Assembly (NCBI GenBank): GCA_047495785.1
Contig: JBLDXI010000033.1
Location: 2,666,001 to 2,730,000 of the forward strand
Length of the DNA stretch: 64,000 bases
Direction of reading: 5' to 3'
From: Lepidodermella squamata
Lineage: Eukaryota; Animalia; Gastrotricha
Shown: in pieces, positions 39,471 to 53,146 of the stretch
Position numbering within the stretch: the stretch's first letter is position 1
Layout: the number at the start of each line of letters is the position of its first letter
The notes under the pieces: model-generated
The model's input: only the letters and a program-made list of their open reading frames with translations
Told to the model about the DNA's origin: nothing
Databases searched by the model: none
Translations under genes and position numbers: made by a program

Positions 39471-39518
39471 GGGGTTGCCAAGGGCTCAGATTTTTCTCTC
39501 TGAGCCCTTGGCAACCCC
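39471..39518. repeat. Perfect 20-bp inverted repeat/hairpin, probably a mini DNA-transposon derivative
   Basis: ggggttgccaagggctcaga - 8-nt loop - tctgagcccttggcaacccc is an exact reverse complement. Confidence 0.85.
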
Positions 39519-40196
39519 GCCACTGATGGATTAATATCTCCGCTAGTGCTCAGTGCTGGTGGGTTATTACTACGGGGTTAAAACTGGAAGTTGGGAACAG
39601 CGCCAGGCACTGGTGAATTCGGCGGGTCAAATCAATAAAATTTTGAAAAGTCCCGCTCGCAATTTTTGACAAGACAATTTTTTTAATTCGGCACAAATGT
39701 GTATAATGTGTTATTTAGGAAATATATAAATTAAACAAATGTTTCCCGCCAAATGAAGCACGTGCGTTCTGCCGAGCACGTTTCACGTTTGGTGCCTTGA
39801 ACGCTGCGTTTGCAGGAAATCGTCATAGCAGTCAAAGCTTCCGTTAAATATCGGATTATGCTGGCATGTATCGTTAGATTGATTTCCGAAACTCGCCTCT
39901 TCTTCTCAATGTACAGGACTTTTTACGGTACTCTTGCACTATTGGTACGGGTCCAATTTTAGGAAACCCGAAGCTTAACCATAAACAGGCACACATGCTC
40001 GCATGGTAATGGTGCTTGTGACTTCAACCTCCGACGTGTATTGCTTATTCATCAGCCATCCCTGTTTGAATATTTGCTGAGCAGTAGTAGTTTGTAATTA
40101 GTAGGCTGCACCAAGAGAACTTTTATTAATGACGCCCAGCTTGCAATGCTGACGGTTTTGTTAATTTATTGTTTTCAGATATTTATATCGTTACAA

Positions 40197-43100
40197 ATGA
40201 GTGACTGGGATGAGGATTGGGGCGCTTCAAGCAGCACGCCGAGTGCTCCCCCCGCGGCTTCGAAGCCAGCTTCAAGTAGCTGGAGTAGCGCGCCTAGCTC
40301 GGAAAATAGCGCCCCGAAATCAGGCGGTGATGATTGGTCGTCCGATTTCTCAAAGCCGGCCGCAGCTGGAGCAAGCAGTGATTGGGGTTCTGGTTTTGGC
40401 TCAGGAGGCGGTGGCTCTAGTTTTGGATCGGGAGGCGGTGGCTTTGGTTCTTCTCGCGGCCGGGGTGGCGGTGGAGGAAGCGGCGGTTGCTTCAACTGCG
40501 TAAGTTTTGCTTAATTTGCTATTTGCCATTCTACTTCAGAGGGGTTCATGTAACTTGGGGTATAGAATTTAGAATTTATTTTAATTGATATTGTAATTAA
40601 TTGCAACAGGGTGGTAGCGGTCATATGAGCCGCGATTGCACAGAACCGAGAAAAGAGCGTGGTGGTGGTGGCGGAGGAAACTGTTATAATTGTGTATGTT
40701 TTATTCGTCTTAAATTTTTCCGAGGTTAACTTGAATGATTGTACTAGAACGGTACCGGTCATATGAGCCGTGACTGTCCCGAACCGAAGAAAGAGCGTGG
40801 TGGTGGTGGCGGAGGAAACTGCTATAATTGTGTATGCTTTATTCGTACTAACCTTTTCCGAAGTTAACTTATTTGATTGTACTAGAACGGTACCGGTCAT
40901 ATGAGCCGCGATTGTCCAGAGCCGAAGAAGGAGCGTGGCCCTGGCGGAGGTAGTTGCTACAATTGTGTAAGTTATTTTTAATTTGATGTTCTAGCTTGAG
41001 ATGATTTTTTATGTATATCATGGTTTTTATTTGAAGGGCGGTACCGGACATATGAGCCGTGATTGTCCCGAGCCACGGAAAGAGCGAGGCGGCCCGCGTC
41101 GCGGTGGCTCCTTTGGTTCGAGCGGTGGATCAGGTGGCTTTGGAGGCGGCTCGTCCTCGTCTGGGGGCGGCGGTGGTGGTGGATTTGGCGACTTTGATTG
41201 GGGCTCTGGTGGTGGCAGCAGCTCTGCTGGCGCGTCCGCTACGCCTGCGTCTTCTGGCGGCGGTGATTTCGACTGGGCTGGCGGTTCAGGAGGGAATGAC
41301 AGCAGTCGCAGTTCCAGTGGCTTCGGCGGCGGTTTTGGCGGTGGTGACAGTGGTAGCCGGGGCGGTCGAGGCGGCGCTGGTGGCTCAGGCTGTCGCAACT
41401 GCGGTGAAGACGGCCATTTTGCCCGAGAATGCCCGAAGCCTCGATCTGGTGGCGGCTCTTCAGGTGGCGCTTCTGGTGGCGGCTGCCACAACTGCCAGCA
41501 ACCTGGCCACTTTGCCCGAGAATGCCCAAACCCTCGCGCTGCTGGCCCCGGTGGTGTTCCTGGCGAAGGTCCTCCTCGTGAAAAGTTCCAGCCTGAGCAC
41601 GAGCTGGAGAATGAAGAATTGTTCAGCAGTGAGCTGACGATCCCGTCTGGCATCAATTTCGATAAATACGAGAAAATCGAAGTTCACGTCTCTGGTGAAG
41701 GAGCGGACACAATCAAGCCTATTCAGACCTTCGCTGATGCTCAATTTCGCGACATCTTGAAATCAAACATCGCGCGTGCGAACTTTTCAAAGCCGACGCC
41801 TGTCCAGAAGTACACAATCCCGGCTGCTCTGGCGAAACGCGATGTTATCGCGTGCGCCCAGACCGGGTCCGGTAAAACTGGAGCCTATCTTCTTCCGATA
41901 TTACACCGTTTGCTGGCCGAAGAAGCAACTTTGCTTCACCACGCTTCGCCGATGTCGCCGGCCTTGGAACCCTCAGGTAATAACTTCTTTCTTTCATCTG
42001 TAATATTCGTTCAACTGTTTGTGTTTTCAGTCGTGATTTTCGCGCCAACCCGAGAACTGGCTCGACAGATTACCGAACAATGCCGCAAGTTCGCCTGTGG
42101 TACCGTCATTCAAGCGCAAATGGTCTACGGTGGCATCAACCGGTCGTACCAGAGAAGTCGCGGAACCAGCATGGGCTGCCACGTTCTCGTTGGCACCATC
42201 GGCCGTGTGCACGACTTCATCCGTAGCGGCGATCTGAAGCTCGACTACGTCAAATTCCTGGTGCTCGACGAGGCTGATCGTATGCTCGACGAAGGTTTCG
42301 GCCCTGAAGTTCGCCAGATCGTTGGCAACTACGGCATGCCGACGAAGGACGAGCGCTGGACCATGATGTTCTCGGCTACGATGAAGTCCGACGTGCAGCG
42401 CCTTGCAGCCGACATGCTCAAGCCCGATTACCTGTTCTTGGCCGTTGGCTTGGTCGGCGGTGCGTGCGACGATGTCGTTCAGGAGATCGTGCAAGTTGGC
42501 AAGGCGGAGAAGATTCCGAAGCTGATTGAGTTACTCGACGCGGACAACATCAAGGAGTCCACTGCTGACGCTAACGCCGCGAAGGTGCTGGTTTTTTGCG
42601 AAGAGAAGAAAAAAGCCGACTTCATCTGCAGCCTTCTCAACACCCGAGGCTACCTCGCAACGTCGATCCACGGCGACCGCTTGCAGAGCCAGCGCGAACA
42701 GGCCCTGAACGACTTCCGTGCCGGCCGTCGCCCCATCCTCGTCGCCACCTCAGTCTGCGCTCGCGGTCTCGATATTGTAGGCGTTCAGCACGTCATCAAC
42801 TTCGATCTGCCGAAAGAAATCGACGACTACGTTCACCGAATCGGTCGAACTGGTCGCTGCGGCAACACTGGTCGAGCTACCTCGTTCTACGATGTCGAGC
42901 GTGACTTCAACTTGTCCTCGTTCCTCGTGCAGAAGCTGCGAGAAAAGGGTGCGGAGGTGCCGTCGTTCCTCGGTGGTACTCAAACTGGCGGTTATGGTGG
43001 CTCCGACGCTTACATCGCTCGTGATGTCCGTAGCGACGTTCATCGTGTTGTCACTGGTTAGTTATTCGTTCTTTTTAAATTATTTGTCTTAATTCTTATT

Positions 43101-43204
43101 TTTGTGTTGCAGACGATTGGGGAAGCGAAGGACAAGCCGTTGCTCCTGCAGCTGCGATGGCTAGCATGGCGATCTCGGCTGGCCAAGAAGACGAATGGGG
43201 CTAA
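40197..43204 (+). CDS. vasa: Vasa/DDX4 germline DEAD-box RNA helicase with six CCHC zinc knuckles
   Basis: Gly/RGG-rich N-terminus, CCHC knuckles, GINFDKY, AQTGSGKT, PTRELA, LDEAD, SAT, ARGLD, HRIGRTGR, acidic C-terminus ending EDEWG after a final intron. Confidence 0.95.
40610..40966 (+). repeat. 138-bp tandem exon+intron repeat within vasa
   Basis: Exons 40610-40693, 40748-40831 and 40886-40966 are near-identical, and the two 54-nt introns between them are also similar to each other. Confidence 0.9.
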
Positions 43205-43947
43205 CACGGTGGTCCAGATGCTCGTCGATCGTCAATTGATCTACAGACGGCAGAAATGACATTATAGAATTATAACCTGTTGATATTTTGTTGGCGGGTG
43301 GCTTGTGAGCCTGCACACAGTCAACCATGAGAAACATGCTACGTTGTCTTTCAATGAAAGGCAAATTTTGTTATAGATATTTTACGTTTTTCATGTTTGC
43401 TGTGTCAGTGCCTCTTGCCTACCAAGCCACTGTTATTTTTACTAAATTTTGTAGTCTCAAGACTTGCTCAATTGCAAATTCTGAAGTCATGATGTGATTT
43501 CTCTGATACATTGCTACAAGAATCGATATAGTTAGAATCTCGAAATATGTTATATCTGAAATAAATTTCCATATTGCTCAATGACTTGGTTTTTTTAATC
43601 GGTTGCTATCCTCGGGAAACCGTCAAACAACCACAACAATTTGGTGTGTTTGTTGTGGTTCCAACCCGTATTTCGTATTTCGTGAATAAATTCCTGTCGA
43701 TATATTCGAATGGCTGAGTGACATGTTTATGAAAACTTCGAGAATTCGTGGCTCAGATGGAAACGCGAGAAATACTCTTCAAGACTGCAATTAAATGCCC
43801 ATTTTCATACTGAGTAACCACCACGAGCCTGCCGCTGATTAATTCTCTCGTAATCGGTTCGATAACCGGGAATGCAAGTTTTCTATTTTTCCATATACCT
43901 TTTTCCAGAAGTGAGCACCTAGAGATTGCTTCACAGCCAAATACATA

Positions 43948-44560
43948 CAGTGCACTTTCACTATAACGAAATTTACCGTGCCACCCAAATCTATTCGCTA
44001 TATAGCGGTTTTTCGTTGAATTGGAAGTTGAATGAAAAATATATCAATTTGAACTATTTCACGACTGTTTCTCAATATTCGAGTCACTAAACGATATTTC
44101 ATTACCGATGGTATGGTTGGGCACTGATAATGGCCTCTTAAGTTGCTTTTATTGTCGAAAATCACTTGTTGGAACACTTTATAACCTAAATAACTTCTTT
44201 TTAGTGGTAAATGGTGTCATTGATTGGAAGTCGGAAAAAAAATCGAGAAATATTCTGAAAAATGAAGCGCGTTTGCTCACCCTACATACGTTCTTCAATT
44301 TCAAGACGTTTAGATTCTCCACCCTCGCTTATCTCTCATATGCAACGCTTGAATCTTGATTTCGCTATAGCCTACAAAATATTATGGATTTTTTCCGAGA
44401 AAGCCACGAAATTCTTTCGAAATAGCGATTTTTCGCTATACCTATTTCGTTATAGTGAAAGGTGACCCCATGCAAAACATGCAGACGCTGGCCGAGCCAC
44501 GCAAATCCTTTCGATATAACGGTTTTTCGCTATATTGGCGTTCGCTATAGTGAAAGTGCA
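43948..44560. mobile_element. Tc1/mariner (pogo/Tigger-like) MITE
   Basis: Left (ta)cagtgcactttcactataacgaa versus right ttcgctatagtgaaagtgca gives a 20-bp inverted match with 1 mismatch; repeated internal ttcgctata/ttcgttata motifs; right terminus slightly eroded. Confidence 0.7.
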
Positions 44561-45574
44561 TAGAATTTTAATTGTGAGTGAAATGGATCGTGTTTTGAAT
44601 TGTAAATATTCTGAAATTCCTTTTTTCATTTGATACAGATGAAAAGTTAGAGGGCCTTGGAACGAGGGGAAAATATCGAATTATTTGGCTTTGTGGCCTC
44701 CAGGGCTTTGGTGACTTCGGTGACCAGCAGAAATTCAGGCGATCGTGGCATTGCGCCTAATTTCTCGCGAGCAGCCAGTAAATACTGATACTTTGTACTT
44801 TGTCTATAAATATGAGCATCTCGTGGACAACTGGATAACCACGCTGCACTATAGTTTTGGATGAATGACGCCGTCCAAGTTCACACTATATTCAGCGAAC
44901 TCCACTGCAACTGTATATGAGAAGTGAAATCGTTTGAATGGAAAACCGAATGCGGATGTCAACAAAAAGGCGAAGTTGTATAATCGTTTGATTTTAATTT
45001 TTCGTCAAGTGCGAATTACAATACAAGCTGATGAATAAATCCAGGATAACAACAAAACAATTTGTTAATTCTAATAACTGACATGAAACCTCTTTCACAA
45101 TAAATATATATCTCTTAATAATAATTGTTAAAGATAAGATTCGAAACCATCCGAAGAAATATGGTCATCTAATAATAGTTATTACTTGTTTTATACAGCG
45201 ATATCACCATTGCTGGCAGGCATATGCTAGCATATAATGAATTCAATAATGGGTCAGCATTAAACCCCTCTCGCATTCGATATCACTCAACGCCAAAAAA
45301 TACGAATCGTTTATAAGCAAAGACGAGGCAGCGCGTCACAACAGATAGACAGAGATATCTATGGTAGAAAGGAAACACGCCAGGCCAAGGCGGAGCAGAA
45401 AAAAATATCGATTCCTTCGATATCAGATTAAAAAAATAGTAGTACACATGCAAAGATTAGTGAATAAAATCACGTTGTCCCAACTCATCATTGCATCATT
45501 GAACGGCAGTCCGAGTAGCCCGAGAGCTAAATCGAAATGGAATATGATACGCGTACAAAATCGACACGGTAGGT

Positions 45575-48175
45575 TCAGTGGCGGCCGCCTCGAGCCGCAG
45601 GGCGCTGGTTCGTCGAGTTGGCGCGCGATCGTGGAGTATTGTTGGTGTCAGCAGACGACCCATTCGACGGCCGGCTGTCGTCGATCATCGGCAGGTCCGG
45701 GTGACGATCGTCCAGCGCCGTCTCGAGCTCCTCCATGCCAAGACTGCCAGCCGAGGCGTTCGCGTTGTCCAGGATGCGCATTTCCAAGCGCGGCCCGGCC
45801 GGGTTAGCAGGCGCCGGGTCAACGTAATTGAAAGAAGCTGCTGTCGCCATGTTTGGTGTCACATTGTGATGGCCACCAGATGGTCGTAACGCAGAGGTAG
45901 GCGGAGTCGGTGTCAGAGTCGAGCTATTCTGCGTGGTATTCACGGCATGGGAATGAGCCGGAGCAGTGGCAGACGAACCAGGTGCCAAGTCGTGGCCAAA
46001 GGACCGCCGACGGCTTCTCAGCCGTTCCGGCAACCGAAAAGCGGCTTGCAAAGAAGCGATAGCCGCTGAATGTTTGCCCGCCTTCCAGTGACTCGCAAAC
46101 TGTGCAGTGGCTGCAAGAAGAGAAAAAATGAATAAAAAAAATTGGGCAAAAATCGCTTAAGAAACATTCAAGTCTTCGATAACGGGATTTTTTTATTTGA
46201 GCAAAGAACACTGCAATGTTATCACTTGGAACGCCCAAATAGATCTTTTTCACTAACCATGATGATGGTGATGGCCGCTGCGCTTGCTGCCAGAATTTGG
46301 AGCCTCCTGATTGTCACCCGGTGCGACTTGATGCCGCTTCATCGTTGGCGATGAGATTTCTTTTTGATCGACCGTAACCTCAATATCATCGGCCAGCTTT
46401 TTAGCCTTGAACGAAGCATTCGTAATCGCTCGAACCGTCGGCGGCTGCGCGAGGGACAACTCAATGGCAGTCTCAGCCCCTTCGCCCAGATCAGCGGCCA
46501 GACCGGTGATATTCTTTACAGCCTTCACGACCAGCAACACATCAGGCCACAAGCGCAGTTCGGCGAGATTTTTCGCGGCATGCAGAACTTGCAACAACTT
46601 TACGCGGCAAAGTTGTTTCTCATCGGCCAGAGTCGACGGCTCGTCGTCCGACGAATCGTCGCCAACTTCGTCGACGCTGAACGAAACGCCGGCCATTTTC
46701 GCTGATTTGTGCTGATGATCGCCTTCGTCTTGCGAGCATTTTCGACAACCTCGTAGAGCCGGGCCAGAAGCCGGGCCATTCAGATTGTTCGACGGAGAAA
46801 CTGACTCTGTTTCAGCGGTCGTCAACTTCGACGGCGGTCTGACTGCACTAGACGCCATACTGACGAAATACACGAATTGAAGAACGATGCCGGATGAAAC
46901 TGATTGTAAGGACGGCGACGAAATAGGTAGCAAAAGCAGCCGCAGAGCAGCGTCACAACACCTCGCGATGGCTGCCACGTTACTGCCATCGCCCACCATT
47001 TGAACAGCATGTTGCCTGTTGAATTCAGACAGAGCTGCCATAGCCAGTGGAGCGACCATGCCAGGTTGAAGAGCCGGTTGCACAGCCGCCGTTGGGTTGA
47101 AGTTGGCGATGATGGACGCAACAGGGGCTGTCGATTGTAGGGTCTGCACTCGAACGCGACGTTCTCGCTGGTGGTGTTCGGTCTGAACGTTATCAGCCAC
47201 CACCGACACCCCGAACAACACCGGGTTGTGGTAGACCGACGGCGCGACGAGGGACGCGAAGTGGTGGACGGCAGGCTGGTTCGACTGCTGCTGGTTCGGA
47301 GAGGTCGATCGCTGTGCCATATTGCTAGGCGGCCTTAGCAAAGACGCGGCGCTCATCGAGGCGGTGCTGGCCCGGCCGAACTGCCGAATAGGTGGGGTGC
47401 CGTTGAAATTACCGGCCAGATTCGGCAACGTACCATTTGCGACTAATGACAAAACAAATTGGAGAACAAATTCGGGCAGTGACGCTGCGTTCGCGTGGCG
47501 ATGGCTGTGGTGCTGGTGGTGTTGATGAATAGTCGATAGCACGTGACGGAGTGAGGTCGAAGGCGAGGCGGTGTAGCCAGCTAGTTGGAACGACGTTGCG
47601 CCGGTCGGGCTCGGCGGCACTGAGGCCGAGCTATGAAGGCTGGGCGCTGGTGGTTGCATCGCAGCGAGTGCAACTGCCGCCGCTGAGCTCGAGTCGAGCA
47701 GCGAATGCGAAGTTACCCCGTAGAGAAGCGTCGCAACAACTATGCTTGGAAGTAGATCGAGTAACGCTGCGGCGCAAAATTCGGCATTCCGACTGGGCGT
47801 ATCGCTAGCTGAATGCACCAACGAACACACGTGGGTGAGCAGGGGGCATGCGAGGCTCAGGCAGCTCTTGGCTGACTCCAGCAGAGCCGCATGCAGTTCG
47901 GCCGTCAGCAGAGGTAGCAAGTCAGCACTCGAGGTCGACGAAACTTCTCCGCCGCTGAGCAGTTGTCCGAGCAACAAAATCGCATCTGGCTGGAGGCGCA
48001 GATGCGAGAGCAGGGTCGTCAAATCCGGTTCGGCATTACTTGCGCGATGCGAGGCGGTGTGTTCGCCGGTAATCGTTTCGTTGTGGAGGTCCGCACTATT
48101 TCCGTTGTTATTGCCGTTAATATTACTATTGTTTTTGTCGCTGTTATCGGGTTCACCGTTTTTAGAAGTAACCAT
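45575..48175 (-). CDS. FAM126: Hyccin/FAM126 family protein (PI4KIIIalpha complex subunit), 2 exons
   Basis: Conserved AITNASFKAKKLADDI block, PSVYH motif and LLVVKAVKN helix; intron ~46257-46111; expanded low-complexity regions. Confidence 0.72.
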
Positions 48176-48801
48176 AATCTCATTTAGTAATCGTATCTAA
48201 ATTCAAAAATACGGGAAAAGATTTGAGCAGAGTTATTTCGCATCCTCATTATCAATCGATTATCTTTCGTGAAATCATTATATCGAGTGCCCTGACGAAG
48301 TAATTCAATGCGCAGTGAAAAGAAGGTAAGACCATCACTGTATAGCAAAAGCTGACATATCATCTCGTATCATTTGTTATATCATAATTACCACTGATTT
48401 ACACGCACAGACGATGTGTATAAAGAACCGGAAAAAGGCCGTGAGCGACGGCAAACAACAAAAATCTCTGGACGTCTCGTCGTCATACACAACAACGAAC
48501 AAACAATAGATCGGGCGTATCAAGACAAGCTAACAGTAGCTTCTGTACAAAGGTGCAGACGCATGCACAAGGTATTATCGAAATACTTCTGGTTAATCAA
48601 TATCATGGCCGAGAGGAAGATCATGTGACATGACAATCTTGCTTCATTTACTTTGAATTATTAAGTACATAGAAGATATTTAGTGTTTTATTTGATGCAG
48701 AAAACGAGTTGAGCAGCGAGAAATTCACTGCCACCGGATCAGGTAAACATATATTTAAGCAGGTAAAAAATATATAGGCAATATTGCTACTACGATGATA
48801 G

Positions 48802-51800
48802 TCAATTGCCAGATGGCGAGATAGGGCGCTTCATCGGCGCAGAGTTGGCCAAAACGCTGAGCAGCGTACCTCCGAAGCCTTCCGCACGCTGATTTGCCCG
48901 AGATTTCTTGATATTTTCATCGACTTCCTGTGAATCGCCATTGACTATGACATCGTCATCTTCCTCGTCCTTGCGGCGCAGAATGAAAACTGTGCCTTCG
49001 CGGATTTGAAGTTCGCCCAGGGTTGTTTCTTGCTTTTCAGGTGGGGTGATTTCGCGAGGGCGCTTCGTATTTTCGTCGACAACGAAGAGCATCTGCTCAA
49101 AAGGTGATATTTCAAAATCGTCCATTATAGCCATTTGCAGTTCGACGAAAGACAGCGAGGAAGACACCATGTAATCAAGCTCTTCCCCGGCATTCGCGGC
49201 AATCTTGCGCTTCTCGCCTGTGACAGCACGTCGCCGTCGAGTTCGGCTAGTGCCACTCTGAGTGGGCAGCAAGTCTTCAAAGTTTTTGTTCTCGAGTCTG
49301 ACATAGACTGAACCCGTCCATTCGAGAGCCTTCGGCAAGGATAGGCTCATCGCAAGATCCTCGACTCGCTTGTCCCGACACATGAAACAAGTCTGAGGCA
49401 CACAGTCCCAGCCGATTCGCTTACTTTTCGGCCCAGCTGCCTTAGCTGCACCAGAAGTGCCGCCACGACCTCGACTGGGCCTGCCAACACCCCGCGCGGC
49501 CGCATTTTTAGGCGGTCGCCCGCGGCCTCTCGGTGCTTGCTGTTGAAAATCTTGCTCGTCTTCGTCCTCATCGGTCATTTGCTCTTCGTCTTCGTCCTCA
49601 TAATCGTTGGCTTGTTCGGAGGAAGACGAGAGTTCGATTGCATCGTTATTTGCCTTGAATTCCTTTTCTTCGCTGAGGACAGTCAGCTGACTTGGCGAGA
49701 CTCTTTTATTCGAGTTTCCCTGTAGTGACACATGCAAGCGTTTCAACCTGCTACCGAACCACTTCAAAGGACCTACCTTGGTTAGATTGGCGATGATTAC
49801 GGTTGATGGACGAGGCAGTTGCGGCCCTGTGTCAGCTTCCTTCCGGCCCGATTTATCAACGACAGGCTTGAGAACAACTTCAACATCAATATGGAAATTT
49901 TCCTTGATGTACCTCCACTCCGGAATTTTAGTTGGCACCCATACAGTGTGTTCAGTCGTGACATCGTAGTACAGCTCGTCTGCCGTAAATGTCAGGCGGT
50001 TGTGATGGCACAAACCCTCACTATTTCGAATATTCCTGTGCGGCAGATTTGGTGTTTTCTGATCAAAATAATCGCGTAGCCGATCGCAAAACGCAGCGGT
50101 AACTAGGTGGACGGACTTCAGCGCCGAATCAATCCTGTTACGCTTCAACCGCTTTGCCAGAGATCCCAGCTGACCTTGCATTGCCTTCATCTCTTCGCGG
50201 GACTGGTCGCGCTTCGCCTGCTCACGATCAGCATCGCCGCAGCACATGCCGCATTCAATGAAATCCGGGTTGCAATACGCCGTCGTATTCGGGTAGAATT
50301 CCATAACCCGGAGCCACAATTCCTCAGGTATAGCTACAAGGCCATTCAACATTGCGGAACGGCTTTTGCGACCACCAGCAGCCTGTGGCGAGGCAGTTTT
50401 CCAGACATTGCCGTGCCGACAGACAATATCTTCGTTGAGATCTTTCTGAACAAACCGGAAAACATTCTTGATAGCCTCGTTCACTTGCTCTTGTGACAAT
50501 TCAGACAAGATAGGCGGCTTCTTCGCCTTCACCTTTAGGCATGGAATGAGCTTGTAATTTGGCTTCTTGCAATCACTCGTTCCATTCGTCAAAGCCGAAT
50601 GACTGGGTGTTGAATCAATTCGGGTAATATCTCCCTCTGACTCAAGCTCACCCGCAGGCTCGATTTTCGGTCGCTTGTTTGGGGTAGGGCCCTCGCAACC
50701 GTTAGGGGTAACAGGCGACCTGCTAGCTGACTCAGTGCGCTTTACGCTCGAGTTATAAACTGCTTCTGGAATGTCCAAAACACCTCTGCTGCTTTTTTGA
50801 TGCTCCTCAACAGGTTTCGAGTCATCAACTGGGTCCGTATGGGTAGTTTTCCCGAAAAAGTCGTCAACTGTCGAGGTTGATAGATTTATGTGCAGCTTTG
50901 GTTGAGGTTCTTTGGGTTCCGTTTGCTTCACATAACTGGCGACTTCGCCGTCAAGATGACTACAAGCTTCATCAACAGCTTCCTTTCCCAAGTCGGCAAA
51001 TTTTTCAACAACGTCGCGCATAATCCAATGTGTCCTGGGATTTGAGCCCTCGGCATTATGATCAATTTGTTTCAATTCAACCTTAAGCGCTCGAGCCAAG
51101 TCAGCCGCTCGGTTCGAGAAGTAACGCTCGAAAGCTGTGAGACGAACGCAAGTCGTGCAAATGTCATCCGGACCAAACACTACCAACTCCTTTCCAGCTT
51201 GACTGCCTGAATCCAAAAAGTAAAGTTCCGATGAAATCATCTCGGCACTTTCACGAGTGATCAATTTCATGTTGCCGATGGGTTCTATCCCCAAGCGACC
51301 ATGTTTACAACGAGCACCTTCGCCCAGTCCGAGCGCCGAAGCCATGTCCTCAAAGTTTTTCAACGCCAGATATTCACTCAAAAAGTCCCGATGAGCAAAA
51401 ACAACACCGCCTCCGCTAAATGAGTTCAGCAGCTTTGCGAAAAAAGACAATAAACCACCAAAGCTTATTGAATTTAGCAAGACTCACCTTACGAAGCTGG
51501 GGTACATCAAGTTTGAGCAAATTTTGACGATTTCCAAGATTGAGCTCCATCTTAACGCGGATTCGAAGACGGTTTTCGCGGATTGCTTCCTTGGCATCGC
51601 TCGTAGCCATGATCTCGTCGCGCTTTCGCTCCAGCTCCGTCCGAAATCTCTCTTCTGCCTCGTCAACTTCTCGCCGCAGATCATCGGGAATGATACGCGC
51701 ATCGCTAGCCAAGTCATCTTCTTCGTTGAGCTCCGGGGCGTCGACACGATGATAAACAATACAATATGCGTCGGCTGATTTGAATCTTCTACCACCGGGA

Positions 51801-53146
51801 AGGCCGGTTTCATCTGCATCCACTCCGCCATCGCCACCGCTTGTTGGGTCGCCCTTTTTGACACTGGCATCGTTAAACATGTACCACCCGTCTTTCAGAC
51901 GAATACGAGCGGTGTAGTGGCCCCGGACCACACTCGTTCCGAAATGACACAGTATGGCCTTTATACGGTAGCGAGGCAAATTTGGCGCTTTCAACTCAGG
52001 CGAGTCTTCAGCGAAATACTCTCGGCGAAGTTCCAGATGTTCTGGAAACGAAATTTGAGTCCGAAGCTTTCGACGTTGAAGTTTGGCAAGATCGAACGCG
52101 AAACGTAATACTTGAGCATTTAAAATGGCTGGCGCTTTTTCAAGGCGAGTCCTTCGCACTGCCTTGCCCTTCGTACGACATGTAGCGAAGTTGCATTCAT
52201 AAGCGTTATCGCCATCGAGTATCTCATCACCAAAGTAACGTCGCATAACGTCTTCGAGGTTGACACTGGCGCCTCCAGGCCGGCGACCAGGCGATTCAAC
52301 GGCGGGGGCTAGTTGAGCCGGCATAACTTCAGCGGCTGGCACGTTGAGGATGAGCTCAGAAAACTCATCCGGCTTCCGCGAGGGTCGCTTACAAGCTTCG
52401 CAAACCGTGGACACATCGCATGATCCGCAAAAAAGACGACTGAAAGCAGTGCCAAAACGATGTTGCAATAATCCCATCCAAAGATTACTGAATTCTTGAG
52501 CGTCCTGTTGATTATTAGGATCCAATCCCAGAGTTTCAATGAATGCATCTGGTAATAAAGATCTGTAAATAGTAAATATATATTATCCAACTAAATATAT
52601 GAATCCATTTTACGCACCTCTTCTTGGTCAGAAGCATTTGAGCGAACAGAACTCGCATCTGATGAATAGTGGATTCAATAGTGTCGTCCTGATCTCCGTC
52701 GCTTTCAGTTGATGGTTTATAAGATAATATCAGATGACGAAAGGGAGCAGTGTGAAACCACATTTGCAAGTAAGAATTGACGTAACAAGTTGCTCCGAGG
52801 TTATCGAGGCCCACATATTCTGACTATGTTAACAGGAACTCTCAATTGGAATTCACCAAATGTAGCATTAACTTACATCTGCTCGTTGTTGTTCGTTAAT
52901 TTCCTTCAGCTTGTCGAGTTCTTTTTTCGATTCTTTGATAGACTTGTATAAACTTGGAGGTGTTACGCCATTTAAGCAGTAGAGGCTTGTTTTGCATAGT
53001 GCGGGACGTTTGCATTTCGCACTAGCAGAATCGCACATGCAACCATCCGGAAAAGTGCGTAACCCAAAGACTTGCCAGACTTCATCCTCTGTCACTAGCT
53101 CCGGGTCCAATTCGTTGGCCCAGTCCCATATTTTGGGGGCAGTCAT
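48802..53146 (-). CDS. USP48: Ubiquitin-specific protease 48-like (4 exons)
   Basis: N-terminal W.WA...C..CL.G, Cys box GLDNLGATCYVNSYLQMWF, QQDAQEF, His box GHY...W..FND, C.HG DUSP-like repeats, C-terminal ubiquitin-like domain ending EGFGGTLL. Confidence 0.88.

Noticed and set aside
40610-40966. Regularly spaced repeats resembling a CRISPR array
   Set aside because: Eukaryotic exon/intron duplication encoding zinc knuckles; the spacers are similar GT-AG introns.
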